From Mustelus asterias (taxonomy: Eukaryota): a stretch of DNA of 64,000 bases. Below the pieces are notes generated by a model. It ran no database searches. It worked only from the letters and a program-made list of their open reading frames with translations, and had not been told where the DNA came from. Below, in pieces: positions 12,423-23,422 of the stretch (position 1 is its first letter; every line of letters begins with the position of its first letter). The translations under genes and the position numbers were made by a program. Where the stretch lies: positions 1,426,001 to 1,490,000 of the forward strand of contig NW_027590123.1 of assembly GCF_964213995.1 (NCBI RefSeq), given 5' to 3'.

Positions 12423-13081
12423 GTGGTTGTACTTTTATTTTCCCCATAAGCATTCATTGTCGCGCAGTTCCGGCTTGTGAACAGAGGCAACAATAAAAAT
12501 ATTCCTCAAGTGTTGCCGCTCGACTGTTGTCAGGTGTTGTCAACATTATTTATTTAATGAATATTCATATCATCCATATCACATGGTATAATATATATTC
12601 ATTTCAAATATGCAATTAAAGTTAAGAACTAGAGTCTTGGCTGGATGTGTTTGTGTGTCAGTTCTCCGATGAGTCCTCATCTGAGACTGGGAAACAATCT
12701 CTCAGTATTCTGTAGGTTCAATAAAATTGTCTCTCAGTCTTCTAAACTCCAGGGAATTTCAGCCCAATTTACACAGCCTCTCATCCCAGGAGAACTCTCT
12801 CATCACAGGAACCTACCCAGTGGACCGTCTCCATTGGAAGGATAGCCTTTTTCTAAAATAAAAAGCATTGTGGATATCAGAACTGCACCCAATATTTCAC
12901 ACTTGCTCTCAACAAAACCCTGGATAAATGTAAATTGGTGTTTTTATTCTTCTACAGCAATCTGTTGGCAATAAAAACCAAAATGCTATTCCCCTCCTAT
13001 TGTTTGCTGCACCACCATGCTATCTTCCTGCGTTCCTTGTACAAACACACCCAAATCTCTCAAGACAAACGCTTATATTAG

Positions 13082-13436
13082 GAAAGACGATGGCCTGGTG
13101 ATATTATCACGAGATTATTTATCCAGAAACTCATCCAATTTTATGGGGCCCCGCTTTTGAATCCTGCCACGGCACGTTGTAGAATTGTTTTTCAATAAAA
13201 ACTATCTGGAATTAAGAATCTACTGATGACCATGAAACCATTGTCGATTGTCGGAAAAACAAACATTGAGTTCGGTAATGTGCTTTACGGAAGGAAACCT
13301 GCCGTCCCTTATCCGGCCTGGCCTACACTGACTCCAGAGCTGCAGCAAAGTGTTTGATCCTAACTGTCCCAGGGCAACCAGGATGGGCAATAAATGCTGG
13401 CCGGCAGCGACACCCATTTCTAATCAATTAAAAAAG
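13082..13436 (+). mobile_element. Deu-domain SINE (SacSINE1-like)
   Basis: tRNA-like head, ctggaattaagaatctactgatgaccatgaaacc, ggaaggaaa..gccgtcc, gggcaataaatgctggcc, A-rich end. Confidence 0.8.
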
Positions 13437-13501
13437 AACTAGGTCACCTTCACAAACATTGTCTGCTCTTTCTCCGTTTATGAACAAGATAAGATCTTTC
13501 T

Positions 13502-13798
13502 GGGCAACATGGTGGCACTGATGCCTCACAGCGCCAGGGGCCCGGTTTCATTTCCCGGCATTGGTTACTGTCTGTGCAGAGTCTGCATGCTTTCCCCGTG
13601 TTGCGTGGGTTTCCTGCGGGTGCCCCTTCTTATTCCCACAGAGTGAAAGATGTGCTGGTTAGGTACATTGGCCATGCTAAATTAGCTGTCAATTTACCCG
13701 AGAAGGTGCCGGTTCTGCCGATGACGTAATTGTCACAGAAACTTCATTGCGGTGTTAAAGTAAGCTTAATTGTGGCACTAATAAATAAACTTTAAACT
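13502..13798 (+). mobile_element. V-domain SINE (HE1-related)
   Basis: gcctcacagcgccaggg head; V domain tccccgtgttgcgtgggtttcc..cgggtgc; tail cactaataaataaacttt. Confidence 0.8.
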
Positions 13799-13810
13799 GT
13801 CCAACTGATG

Positions 13811-13831
13811 CAACCACTGAGCTATGGAGCC
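13811..13831 (-). pseudogene. 5' fragment of tRNA-Thr truncated beside the SINE
   Basis: aaccactgagctatggagcc only; same in paralog ~28432-28453. Confidence 0.7.
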
Positions 13832-14749
13832 AATTCCTGCGCCCAGCGTGGAGTTGGTGTATCATCATCAGTGGAGCGAAGAAGAGATTGAATTTTCAGG
13901 TGGGTGATATTTGATGGATGTGGAAATATCCGAGGTGGAGAACAAGGAGTTAATCGATGAGACTTGAAAGAGGAAGAATTTGACATGTGTGTCAGTTGTT
14001 TTTGTGATAAATGTCTGCCGTGTCATTCTTCTTCAGAGTTTGTTACTGTTACATCTCTGATTTTTCCGGCTCTAATACAATTCATACAGCTGAAGATTGA
14101 TCTTGTTTCTCCCTTAACAGACACTGTGAGGCGTGCTTTCGTTTAATGAAGAGTTAAATAAGAAGTTATTCGCTACTTGCCTGGTACTCCAACGTGGAAC
14201 ATGGCGATTAAACCTGACCACGGCATGCCAGGAAAGCTTATATTAGAGATTTGAAATTCTTTGATAACCATCTCTGTCTCCACCGCTTCATTTCAAGTTA
14301 CTTTCGCTACTGACATTGTCACACAGTCATTCTAACATCTTATGACCAACTGAAGCAAATTATGCCTTCTTCCTTTATGTTCAGATACTTTCATCTCTAG
14401 AAATTCAGTCCGTACTGAGCAAAGTGCTCTGTTTAGGTAACAGTTTATCATCACTTCCGGGCCATAGCTATAGAAACATTGACTCTGAACCACTAGACCA
14501 CCCAGGCTCCACCATCACTTCCTCGATGTTGTCTTTTCCACCATTCATGGTGTCATGTAATCCATCCTGCTTTGTGCCCTATCACAAAAATCCTTTTTTT
14601 TTCCCTTTCGCTGAGTGATTCCTCACTTTACAATCAGAAAATACTGGGAATACTCAGTCGGTCAGTTCATGTTTAGTGACAAACGCGCAAATAATTCCAG
14701 TAGTCGAATCCCTCTGAAATTAAAAGCTTTTGTTATTTTTTGTGAAGGC

Positions 14750-14957
14750 AAAATACTGCGGATGCTGGAACCTGAAACAAAAATAGAAAAATGCTGGAAA
14801 ATCTTAGCAGGTCTGACAGCAGCTGTCGAGAGAGAATAGAGCCATCGTTTCGAGTCCGGAGCTCTGACGAAGGGTCATCCAGACTTGAAAGTTTGCCTCT
14901 TTCCTCTCTCCACAGATGCTGTCATGTCTCTTTAGACCTTCCAAACTTTTCTGTTTA
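14750..14957. mobile_element. Palindromic Penelope-type repeat (family B) with hammerhead-like centre
   Basis: aaaatgctggaaaatcttagcaggtctgacagc...gagct-ctgacga-agggtcatccagactt-gaaa...ctctccacagatgctgtca; paralog ~29373-29580. Confidence 0.65.
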
Positions 14958-14966
14958 TGATGAAAC

Positions 14967-15038
14967 TATTTCTGCCACGATCAAACCAGGGATCTTTCGT
15001 GTGTAAGGCGAATGTGACAACCACTACACCACAGAAAC
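14967..15038 (-). pseudogene. tRNA-Val pseudogene (TAC anticodon)
   Basis: Minus strand GTTTCTGTGGTGTAGTGGTTGTCACATTCGCCT-TAC-ACACGAAAG; T arm damaged. Confidence 0.75.
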
Positions 15039-15214
15039 ATTGCGATGCAATGATTCAAGGAAACTGGTTCCACAAACCCATCAATTGCAAACAATAATTT
15101 ACATTTGCATTCCATTGGAATTTGTGTGATAACAAAGGTATTTCATAAAGTTAAGGAACTGGACATGTAGCGGTGATCAGATTCGATCACACGCTTCAAC
15201 TACTATCACTGCCC

Positions 15215-15423
15215 AGTCAGTTCTCTCACAGCACCAGGTTAAAGTCCAACAGGTTTATTTGGTACCACGAACTTTCGGAGCACTGTCCGAATCAGGTGAC
15301 TCACGTGATGAAGGGGCATGCACCGAAAGCTTGTGCTACCAAATAAACCTGTTGGACTTTAACCTGGTGCTGTGAGATTATTTACTGTGCCTACCCCAGT
15401 CCAGCGCCGGAAACGCCACATCA
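15215..15423. mobile_element. Palindromic Penelope-terminus element (family A)
   Basis: Perfect 41-bp inverted repeat 15224-15264 / 15337-15377 around two opposed hammerhead-like motifs; flanked by at(c/t)actgccc repeat. Confidence 0.85.
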
Positions 15424-15693
15424 TTACTGCCCTGAGCTCATCAATGGTACCAGCAGAACCTATTCATGCCGTATCTGGTATTGCCAATGAACAGCATCAA
15501 TGGAGTAGAATTGGGTCACATGAACCATTGAGCCTCCTCCATGACTGAATCAAGGCAGATCCACAGCCTCAATCCCAATTTCCCAGCTTATACCAACAGC
15601 CCTTCATTCACTTAGATTCCAACAACTCTCCACCTCAACCTTCAAAGTCTTCATCAACTGAAGATTCACAGACCTCTGTGCCGCTACAGAATT

Positions 15694-15964
15694 GATGCAA
15701 GATGGCGTCCGAGCGAGGCGAACTCTTGGAAGCTGTGCCCAGCATACCTTCTAACTCTATCTTTTACTCTCGTTCTATGCTTCTAACTCTTTTAAACTCT
15801 CTCACAATGTTTCAATTCAATTTCGAGCATCCCGGCTATGACTGTAACACTACACTCTGCACTCTCTCGTTTCCTTCTCTATGAACGGTATGCTTTGTCT
15901 GTACAGCGCGCAAGAAACAATACTTTTTATTGTATGCTAATACATGTGACAATAATAAGTCAAA
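15694..15964 (+). mobile_element. Bipartite non-autonomous Rex1/Babar-like element
   Basis: caagatggcg head joined to the same 3' tail as the LINE at ~38770-38890; sits inside an older CR1 tail. Confidence 0.65.
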
Positions 15965-16321
15965 TAATTCCAAAGATTCACAAGCCTTGGAGTGAAGAAA
16001 TATCTCCATATCTCAGTCATGAATGGCTGAAACATTAACCAGAAAATGTAAGCCCAGAGTACCTTGCTGAGGCACTTTTGCCACTGTCGAACCGGAACAT
16101 CACTCATTTGCCATGGCTAATCCATCGAACCTGCATCAGCTGCATCGTGAGTGTGACAGTGGAAGCAGAAAAGCAACAGGATGCCAGCGGCGACTTTGCT
16201 GAGGGTATTCTTTTTCAATAAATGGTGAAGAACAAATTTACATTTTGTCTGCACCAATCCAGTTCATATGCAACAGCGACCAAGAATCGGGGATAATTCA
16301 AAAAAATATTAATTTCGATAA

Positions 16322-16395
16322 TGTTTCGACCTTATTTTGAATCGGGGAACTCATCGTATATGAAATGAACATGTTAACTCCTACAATCCAGAAAC
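16322..16395 (-). pseudogene. tRNA-Val relic
   Basis: tgtttcgacc...tgaatcggggaac...gaacatgttaac..ctaca..cagaaac; paralogs ~30856-30929 and ~54733-54805. Confidence 0.5.
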
Positions 16396-17292
16396 TCTGC
16401 TGATGACCAATGTGACCGGCCGAGAATATCAAACCGTGCAGTCTGATTGCAAGTTAAATCCTTGTTTTGTTGAAATATAATTCGGTTGCAAACCTTAGCC
16501 ATGTGGCAGAGTCATTGATCTCACATAAGATTCAGAAAATAACATTTGTCCCGAATTTTATCTCTTTCTCCATGAATGCAGTTGCAGAATATTATTCAAG
16601 CATTGGGGGAGTGTAAATGCCACATGGCTGTGAGATAATGTGATTCCTTGATATTTAATAACACTAAGAGATGGGCAGCTGCTTTGAAAAGTTTTTATCA
16701 ACTTTTTTTGAACACAAGGATCAGTATACCTCAGGAACACAGGTGACACATGGAAGTGTTTAGAATTTGATGCGTGTGCACAGATTCTGCCAAACCTGCT
16801 GAGAATTTCCACCATCTCATGCTTGTATTATAAATACAGGTTTTATCAGAACATAAAACGGCAAGACGGCAATGATAAATGAAATAGTCCCACAAGCTGT
16901 TCACATGTAACTTTCAATTTCCAAAACCCACCAACCTCATCATTACTGATCCTGTGAAAACTTACCTTGTAAAACACGGCAGGCATTCATCTCTCAAAGA
17001 ACTGAAACGCCTCAAATGTGAACTCTCTGCTCTCAATCTCAGGACTTTTCAATTATAAAAGCAGCATTCTGGTGAAAGTTTAACTCAGTCCTCATTCCAC
17101 TGATCTTTGCCGACTTGCTGTGTATTTCCCTCATTGAACACATTTCAGGTTGGGACAGACAGATTCCTGAACTATCTGAGAAAGAAGAGGAATGGGCAGG
17201 AAAATGGAAACCCAAGATCAAACATGGGTTAAAGTTTCGAGTTAAGTTATTGAGTTTAATAATTTTTGAAATATATAAATTGTTACAAATAA

Positions 17293-18661
17293 GAACATAA
17301 GAAATAGGAGCAGGAGTCGGCCATCTAGCCCCTCGAGCCTGCCCCGCCATTCAATAAGATCATGGCTGATCTGACGTGGATCAGTACCACTTACCCGCCT
17401 GATCCCCATAACCCTTAATTCCCTTACCGATCAGGAATCCATCCATCCGCGCTTTAAACATATTCAGCGAGGTAGCCTCCACCACCTCAGTGGGCAGAGA
17501 ATTCCAGAGATTCACCACCCTCTGGGAGAAGAAGTTCCTCCTCAACTCTGTCTTAAACCGACCCCCCTTTATTTTGAGGCTGTGTCCTCTAGTTTTAACT
17601 TCCTTACTAAGTGGAAAGAATCTCTCCGCCTCCACCCTTCCTTACTAAGTGGAAAGAATCTCTCCGCCTCCACCCTATCCAGCCCCCGCATTATCTTATA
17701 AGTCTCCATAAGATCCCCCCTCATCCTTCTAAACTCCAACGAGTACAAACCCAATCTCCTCAGCCTCTCCTCATAATCCAAACCCCTCATCTCCGGTATC
17801 AACCTGGTGAACATTCTCTGCACTCCCTCCAATGCCAATATATCCTTCCTCATATAAGGGGACCAATACTGCACACAGTATTCCAGCTGCGGCCTCACCA
17901 ATGCCCTGTACAGGTGCATCAAGACATCCCTGCTTTTATATTCTATCCCCTTCGCAATATAGGCCAACATCCCATTTGCCTTCTTGATCACCTGTTGTAC
18001 CTGCAGACTGGGCTTTTGCGTCTCATGCACAAGGACCCCCAGGTCCCTTTGCACGGTAGCATGTTTTAATTTGTTTCCATTGAGATAGTAATCCCATTTG
18101 TTATTATTTCCTCCAAAGTGTATAACCTCGCATTTATCAACGTTATACTCCATTTGCCATATCCTCGCCCACTCACTCAGCCTGTCCAAATCTCTCTGCA
18201 GATCTTCTCCGTCCTCCACACGATTCACTTTTCCACTTATCTTTGTGTCGTCTGCAAACTTCGTTACCCTACACTCCGTCCCCTCCTCCAGATCATCTAT
18301 ATAAATGGTAAACAGTTGCGGCCCGAGTACCGATCCCTGCGGCACGCCACTAGTTACCTTCCTCCAACCGGAAAAACACCCATTTATTCCGACTCTTTGC
18401 TTCCTGTCGGATAGCCAGTCCCCAATCCACTTTAACACACTACCCCCAACTCCGTGTGCCCTAATCTTCTTCAGCAGCCTTTTATGGGGCACCTTATCAA
18501 ACGCCTTTTGGAAATCCAAAAACACCGCATCCACCGGTTCTCCTCCATCAACCGCCCTCGTCACATCTTCATAAAAATCCAACATGTTCGTCAAGCACGA
18601 CTTTCCCCTCATGAATCCATGCTGCGTCTGATTGATCGAACCATTTCTATCCAATAAATCT
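17293..18661 (-). mobile_element. Young 5'-truncated CR1 LINE with a 38-bp internal duplication
   Basis: QHGFMRGKSCLTN, GVPQGSVLGP, KFADD; duplication 17600-17675 shifts frame; aaataa flanks both ends; empty sites at ~2020 and ~31820. Confidence 0.95.
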
Positions 18662-18823
18662 AAATAATATGTCAGAGATAAATGTTCAATAAACTAACGT
18701 CGGCTAACAGTAGAGGCAGAAACACACGATAAGTTTTTTTTTAAATGTTGCCCAAGGACTCAGTGACACTCAAAAACCGAGAGACAATAAAAGCAGATGG
18801 AGTGGAAAAAATACTGAAAGCCC

Positions 18824-18847
18824 CGTCCCTGGATGGTCTCGAACCAT

Positions 18848-18880
<33 letters not shown>

Positions 18881-18897
18881 AATTGCGCCACAGAGAC
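18824..18897 (-). tRNA. tRNA-Asn(GTT)
   Basis: Intact cloverleaf GTCTCTGTGGCGCAATTGGTTAGCGCG...CCAGGGACG with T run downstream. Confidence 0.92.
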
Positions 18898-19289
18898 TGA
18901 CACAGCTGGAACCTACAAGGCATCCTAAATCAGGGTGACAGCGTGTTGGCTGCAAGTTAGACGCCAATTCAATTTTCACCAAACCTGACACAGAAAGACC
19001 AAATGATGGCATCGTTTACAAATCTAAACATGTATATTTTGTTATTTTACCCCACAGTGTTGTTGTGGTGTAATGGTTAATCCCTTCTCCTAACATGGAA
19101 AAGGGCCGTTTGAAAGAGCAGGGAGGGACAGACTGTTCCCACTGACTGGGCTCAGTAACAGAGGACTTGGAATGAAGATCATGAAATAATTGCATTTATA
19201 TAGAACCTATCCCGACCTGCGGACGTCACAAAGCACTTTCCAGTCAATGAAGGGCAGTTTTAATTGAAAACAAATCAATTAAGCGCGGA

Positions 19290-19361
19290 AGCAGGCATTC
19301 AATTTGAATGCAGAAACATCGTGACCTGCAGTCAAATGCTCTACCCCTAAGCTATACTCCC
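19290..19361 (-). pseudogene. tRNA-Cys(GCA) pseudogene
   Basis: D arm and anticodon arm recognisable; B box and acceptor stem damaged. Confidence 0.75.
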
Positions 19362-20480
19362 TTAATGCCAAGCTTCCGTTTTGTCGCTCGTTAGTCCTCT
19401 GTCTCGCGTGGTCTATACTTATGTTTGCTCCTCTGTGTGCGTCACTGTGCTTACGTACACCAAGGGTGTGAACGCGTTTTTCTTTTACCATCACAAACTC
19501 TATTCACTTACTTTATAATTGTTCATGGTGCATTTACAGAAGATGGCAAAAGGCTGAAAGTTGCGAGATCAAATTGACCTTTTCTCTTATTTGTGAGTGA
19601 AGGGTGCTTATTGACTGAGTTCCCGTATGTTCCATTGTGCAAGATGATTAAAAGTTTTCTTTGATCAACATTTAAACAGACAGCGGATTCACTCGGTGTG
19701 ATGGTGGTCCCAGTTCTATATCTGCGATCACAGCATCAGTTCATGTCACTTACTGTAAACCCAACATTTCTAATAGGTTGGACGTCCCAATATTTCTAGT
19801 ACGTTGGATGTTTAATCTAATTTACTTCATTTTATATTTCATTATTTTCATCTCAGATCTATTTCCACCAGAGGCAAGTCTCTCTTTCAAAATGTTCTGT
19901 TCAGGTTGAACATAAGTTCGTCCTTCATCCAGTGGCAACAACGATTACTTTTCGCTGCCGTATAAAAGCGGCAACGAGGTGAAATAGTCACACAAGCTGC
20001 TCATGTCTTCCTCTCAATCACCAAAATCCACCAACCTCATCACTGCAGCTCCTGTGTAATCACTGTACAGTACACCCACCGGCTCCCTATTATCCACAGG
20101 ACACGTGACTGCTTCAAAGATCTTGTGAATGGTCTCATGCTGCGGTGCAGACATTCTGTGATACTCTGCTTTCCTCACTCTCAGGCCATGGACAACACAG
20201 TACTTGTTCATTTATCTCTCCTGAATTGTTCCTTACCAGAGCCCTTTCCTGTTGTTATGCTTTCTACCTCCTGGATTTCACTTGTTTAAAACTTCCTACA
20301 TTTCCAACCTTTACCCGTTGAAAAGAAAAGTTATGAAGGTGTAACAGGAGATTCCTTTCCCTGTGTGCACATGCTGCCTGGCTTCCTGAGTTTTTCCAGC
20401 GCTTCCCACTTGCACTGCAGTTGTCAGATCAGATTGATATGGAAATATAATATCTGTATTTGAGCCCACCTTGCAGCAGT

Positions 20481-20570
20481 GGCTCGTTGGTCTAGGGGCA
20501 TGATTCTCGCTTTGTGTGTTATGATTTGCAAGTTTGCGAGAGGCCCTGGGTTCAAATCCCAGACAAGCCC
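20481..20570 (+). pseudogene. Intron-containing tRNA-Pro body with TGT anticodon (intron 20517-20534)
   Basis: Pro exons with 5 changes including G36T and a C5:A68 mismatch; 18-nt insert after position 37. Confidence 0.8.
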
Positions 20571-21119
20571 CGTTGTTCTTTACAATGGCGAAGTCTTGCT
20601 CATTTCTTTGCCGTGGACAGGGCAGGATGAGTTTACTCACGGTTTGATTTGGGAAACTGCCTCTCGAGTAATTCGAGATGGTTTCAAAAGTTGACTATGC
20701 TTTTGAACATTCTCTTTGTCCCTCGTCAACGATTCAACGACCCAATGCTTCTGGACTCCGGCCGCTGGCTTTGTCTACATTGTTATTCATTCATTGGATG
20801 TGACTGACTCCCCCACTCACTGTCTATATCTGTCTCTTTGTTTCTGTGTATCGACATCAGTCTCTTTCACTGTCTCAGTCTCTCTTTGTGCCTCTGTCAA
20901 CTTTCCATACTTTGCTCTTATTTCCCTCTATTCTCGCACTGTTTCTGTAACCAAGATTCACTGGATTGATTGTTGTGATGAGGCAGTTGCCCTTGGAGGA
21001 GAGATTCATTGTTGTTGCCTTGTTCTCCCTGGGGTTTGGAATAATGAAATGTGATCCCATTGAAAAGTCTGGAACGGCGAGACTGTTTGACAGTGTACAT
21101 GCTGAGAGCTTGTTTCCAC

Positions 21120-21202
21120 CGACCCTCTCCCCGCCACCGCCCCTCCCCCCCTCGGCCCCCGCAACACCCCGTCCAACCCCCACCCCCACTCCTCCCCCGC
21201 CT
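21120..21202. repeat. C-rich low-complexity tract within an old CR1 fragment
   Basis: Runs of C; tract at the same site but of different length in paralogs ~34276-34366 and ~51850-51895. Confidence 0.8.
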
Positions 21203-21304
21203 CTTGCTGGAGTCTGGAGTGCTTTTAACTGGGCTCATATTATCCGGATGGTGTGTCAACCATTTAGGACTGAGTTGAGGAGACAATTCCGCACTCAGAG
21301 GCCA

Positions 21305-23422
21305 TTGTCATACTGAACAGAACGGATTACTGCAAAGAAGTGTACGGACAACTGAACAACGAGGAACACTACAGACAGTTACCCACAGATCAGACCAAAG
21401 AACACACCCGTCAACTCAGCACTCCGATCAAAACCCTTAATCCGGACCTTCAGAGCACGCTCCGTGCTCTCATCCCACGTACTCCCCGCGTTGGAGATCA
21501 CTACTGCCTCCCAAAGATACACAAGGCAAACACACCCGGCCGTCCCATCGTATCGGGCAATGGGACCCTGTGCGAGAACCTCTCCGGCTATGTCGAGGAC
21601 ACCCTGAAACCCATTGTACAAAGAACCCCCAGCTTTTGTCGCGACACTACGGACTTCCTACAGAAACTCAACACACATGGAGCAGTTGAACCAGGAGCAC
21701 TCCTCGTCACAATGGATGTCTCGGCGCTCTACCACCAGCATCTCCCACGATGATGGCATTGCTGCAACGGCCTCAGTACTCAACACCGACAACTGCCAGT
21801 TTCCAGATGCAATTTTACAACTCATCCGCTTCATCCTGGACCACAATTTCTTCACCTTCAACAACCAGTTCTTCATCCAGACACACGGAACAGCGATGGG
21901 GACCAAATTCGTACCTCAAAATGCCAACCTCTTCATGCACAGGTTCGACCAAGACGACTTCACCGCACAGGGCCTTCAATCGATGCTATACACTAGATAC
22001 ATCGATGACATTTTCTTCCTTTGGACTCGTGGTGAACAATCACTGAAACAACTATATGATGACATCAACAAGTTCCATCCCACCATCAGACTCACCATGG
22101 ACTACTCTCCGGAATTGGTTGCATTCTTGGACACACGCATCTCCATTAAGGACGCTCGCCTCAGCACCTCACGATACCGCCAGCCCACGGATAACCTCAC
22201 AATGCTCCACTTCTCCAGCTTCCACGCTAAACACGTTAAGGAAACCATCCCATACGGACAAGTCCTCCATACACACAGGATCTGCTCTGATGAGGAGGAT
22301 CGCAGCAGACACCTCCAGACGCTGAAAGATGCCCTCATAAGAACAGGATATGGCGCTCGACTCATCGACCGACAGTTCCGACGCGCCACAGCGAAAAACC
22401 GCACCGACCTCCTCAGAAGACAAACACGGGACACGGTGGACAGAGTACCCTTCGTCGCCCAGTACTTCCCCAGAGCGGAGAAGCTACGGCATCTCCTCCG
22501 GAGCCTTCAACATGTCATTGATGAAGACGAACATCTCGCCAAGGCCATCCCCACACCCCCACTTCTTGCCTTCAAACAACCACACAAACTAAAACAGACT
22601 ATTGTCCGCAGCAAACTACCCAGCCTTCTGGAGAACAGGGACCATGACACCACACAACCCTGCCACAGCAACCTCTGCAAGACGTGCCGGATCATCGACA
22701 CGGATGCCATCATCTCACGTGAGAACACCATCCACCAGGTACACGGTACCTACTCTTGCAACTCGGCCAACGTCGTCTACCTGATACGCTGCAGGAAAGG
22801 CTGTCCCGAGGCATGGAACATTGGGGAAACCATGCAGATACTGCGACAACGGATGAATGAACACCGCTCGACAATCACCAGGCAAGACTGTTCTCTTCCT
22901 GTGGGGGAGCACTTCAGCAGTCACGGGCATTCAGCCTCTGATCTCCGGGTAAGCGTTCTCCAAGGCGGCCAACACGACACACGACAGCGCAGAGTTGCTG
23001 AGCAGAAATGGATAGCCAAGTTCCGCACACATGAGGACGGCCTCAACAGGGATATTGGATTCATGTCACACTTTCGATAACCCTCACAGCTTGCCTCCTG
23101 GCCTTGCAGAATCTCACTGGCTCTCCTGTCTGGAGACAATACACATTTCATTAACCTGTGCCTAATGCTCCCTCCACTCACATTGTCTGTATCTTTGAGA
23201 CTAGGTTGGTTGTAAGGATTGGCATTCTAATCAGTATTCTGTAACTTGATTTTCTGTCTCTGTGTGCCTTGTTTGCGAGTAGATATCCACTCTATCTGAC
23301 GAAGCTGCAGCGCTCTGAAAGTTAATGGCATTTGCTACCAAATAAACGTGTTGGACTTTAACCTGGTGTTGTTAAAACTCTTAATGTGTTTACCGCAGTC
23401 CAACGCCGGCATCTCCACATCA
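21305..23422 (+). mobile_element. Penelope-like retroelement, 5'-truncated (RT + GIY-YIG endonuclease), frameshifted
   Basis: LPKIHK..PGRPIVS, MDVSALY, HGTAMG, RYIDD, C-x2-C linker, NVVYLIRC..WNIGET..RMNEH; frameshift ~21733; stop 23080; terminal repeat ends ctccacatca. Confidence 0.93.
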
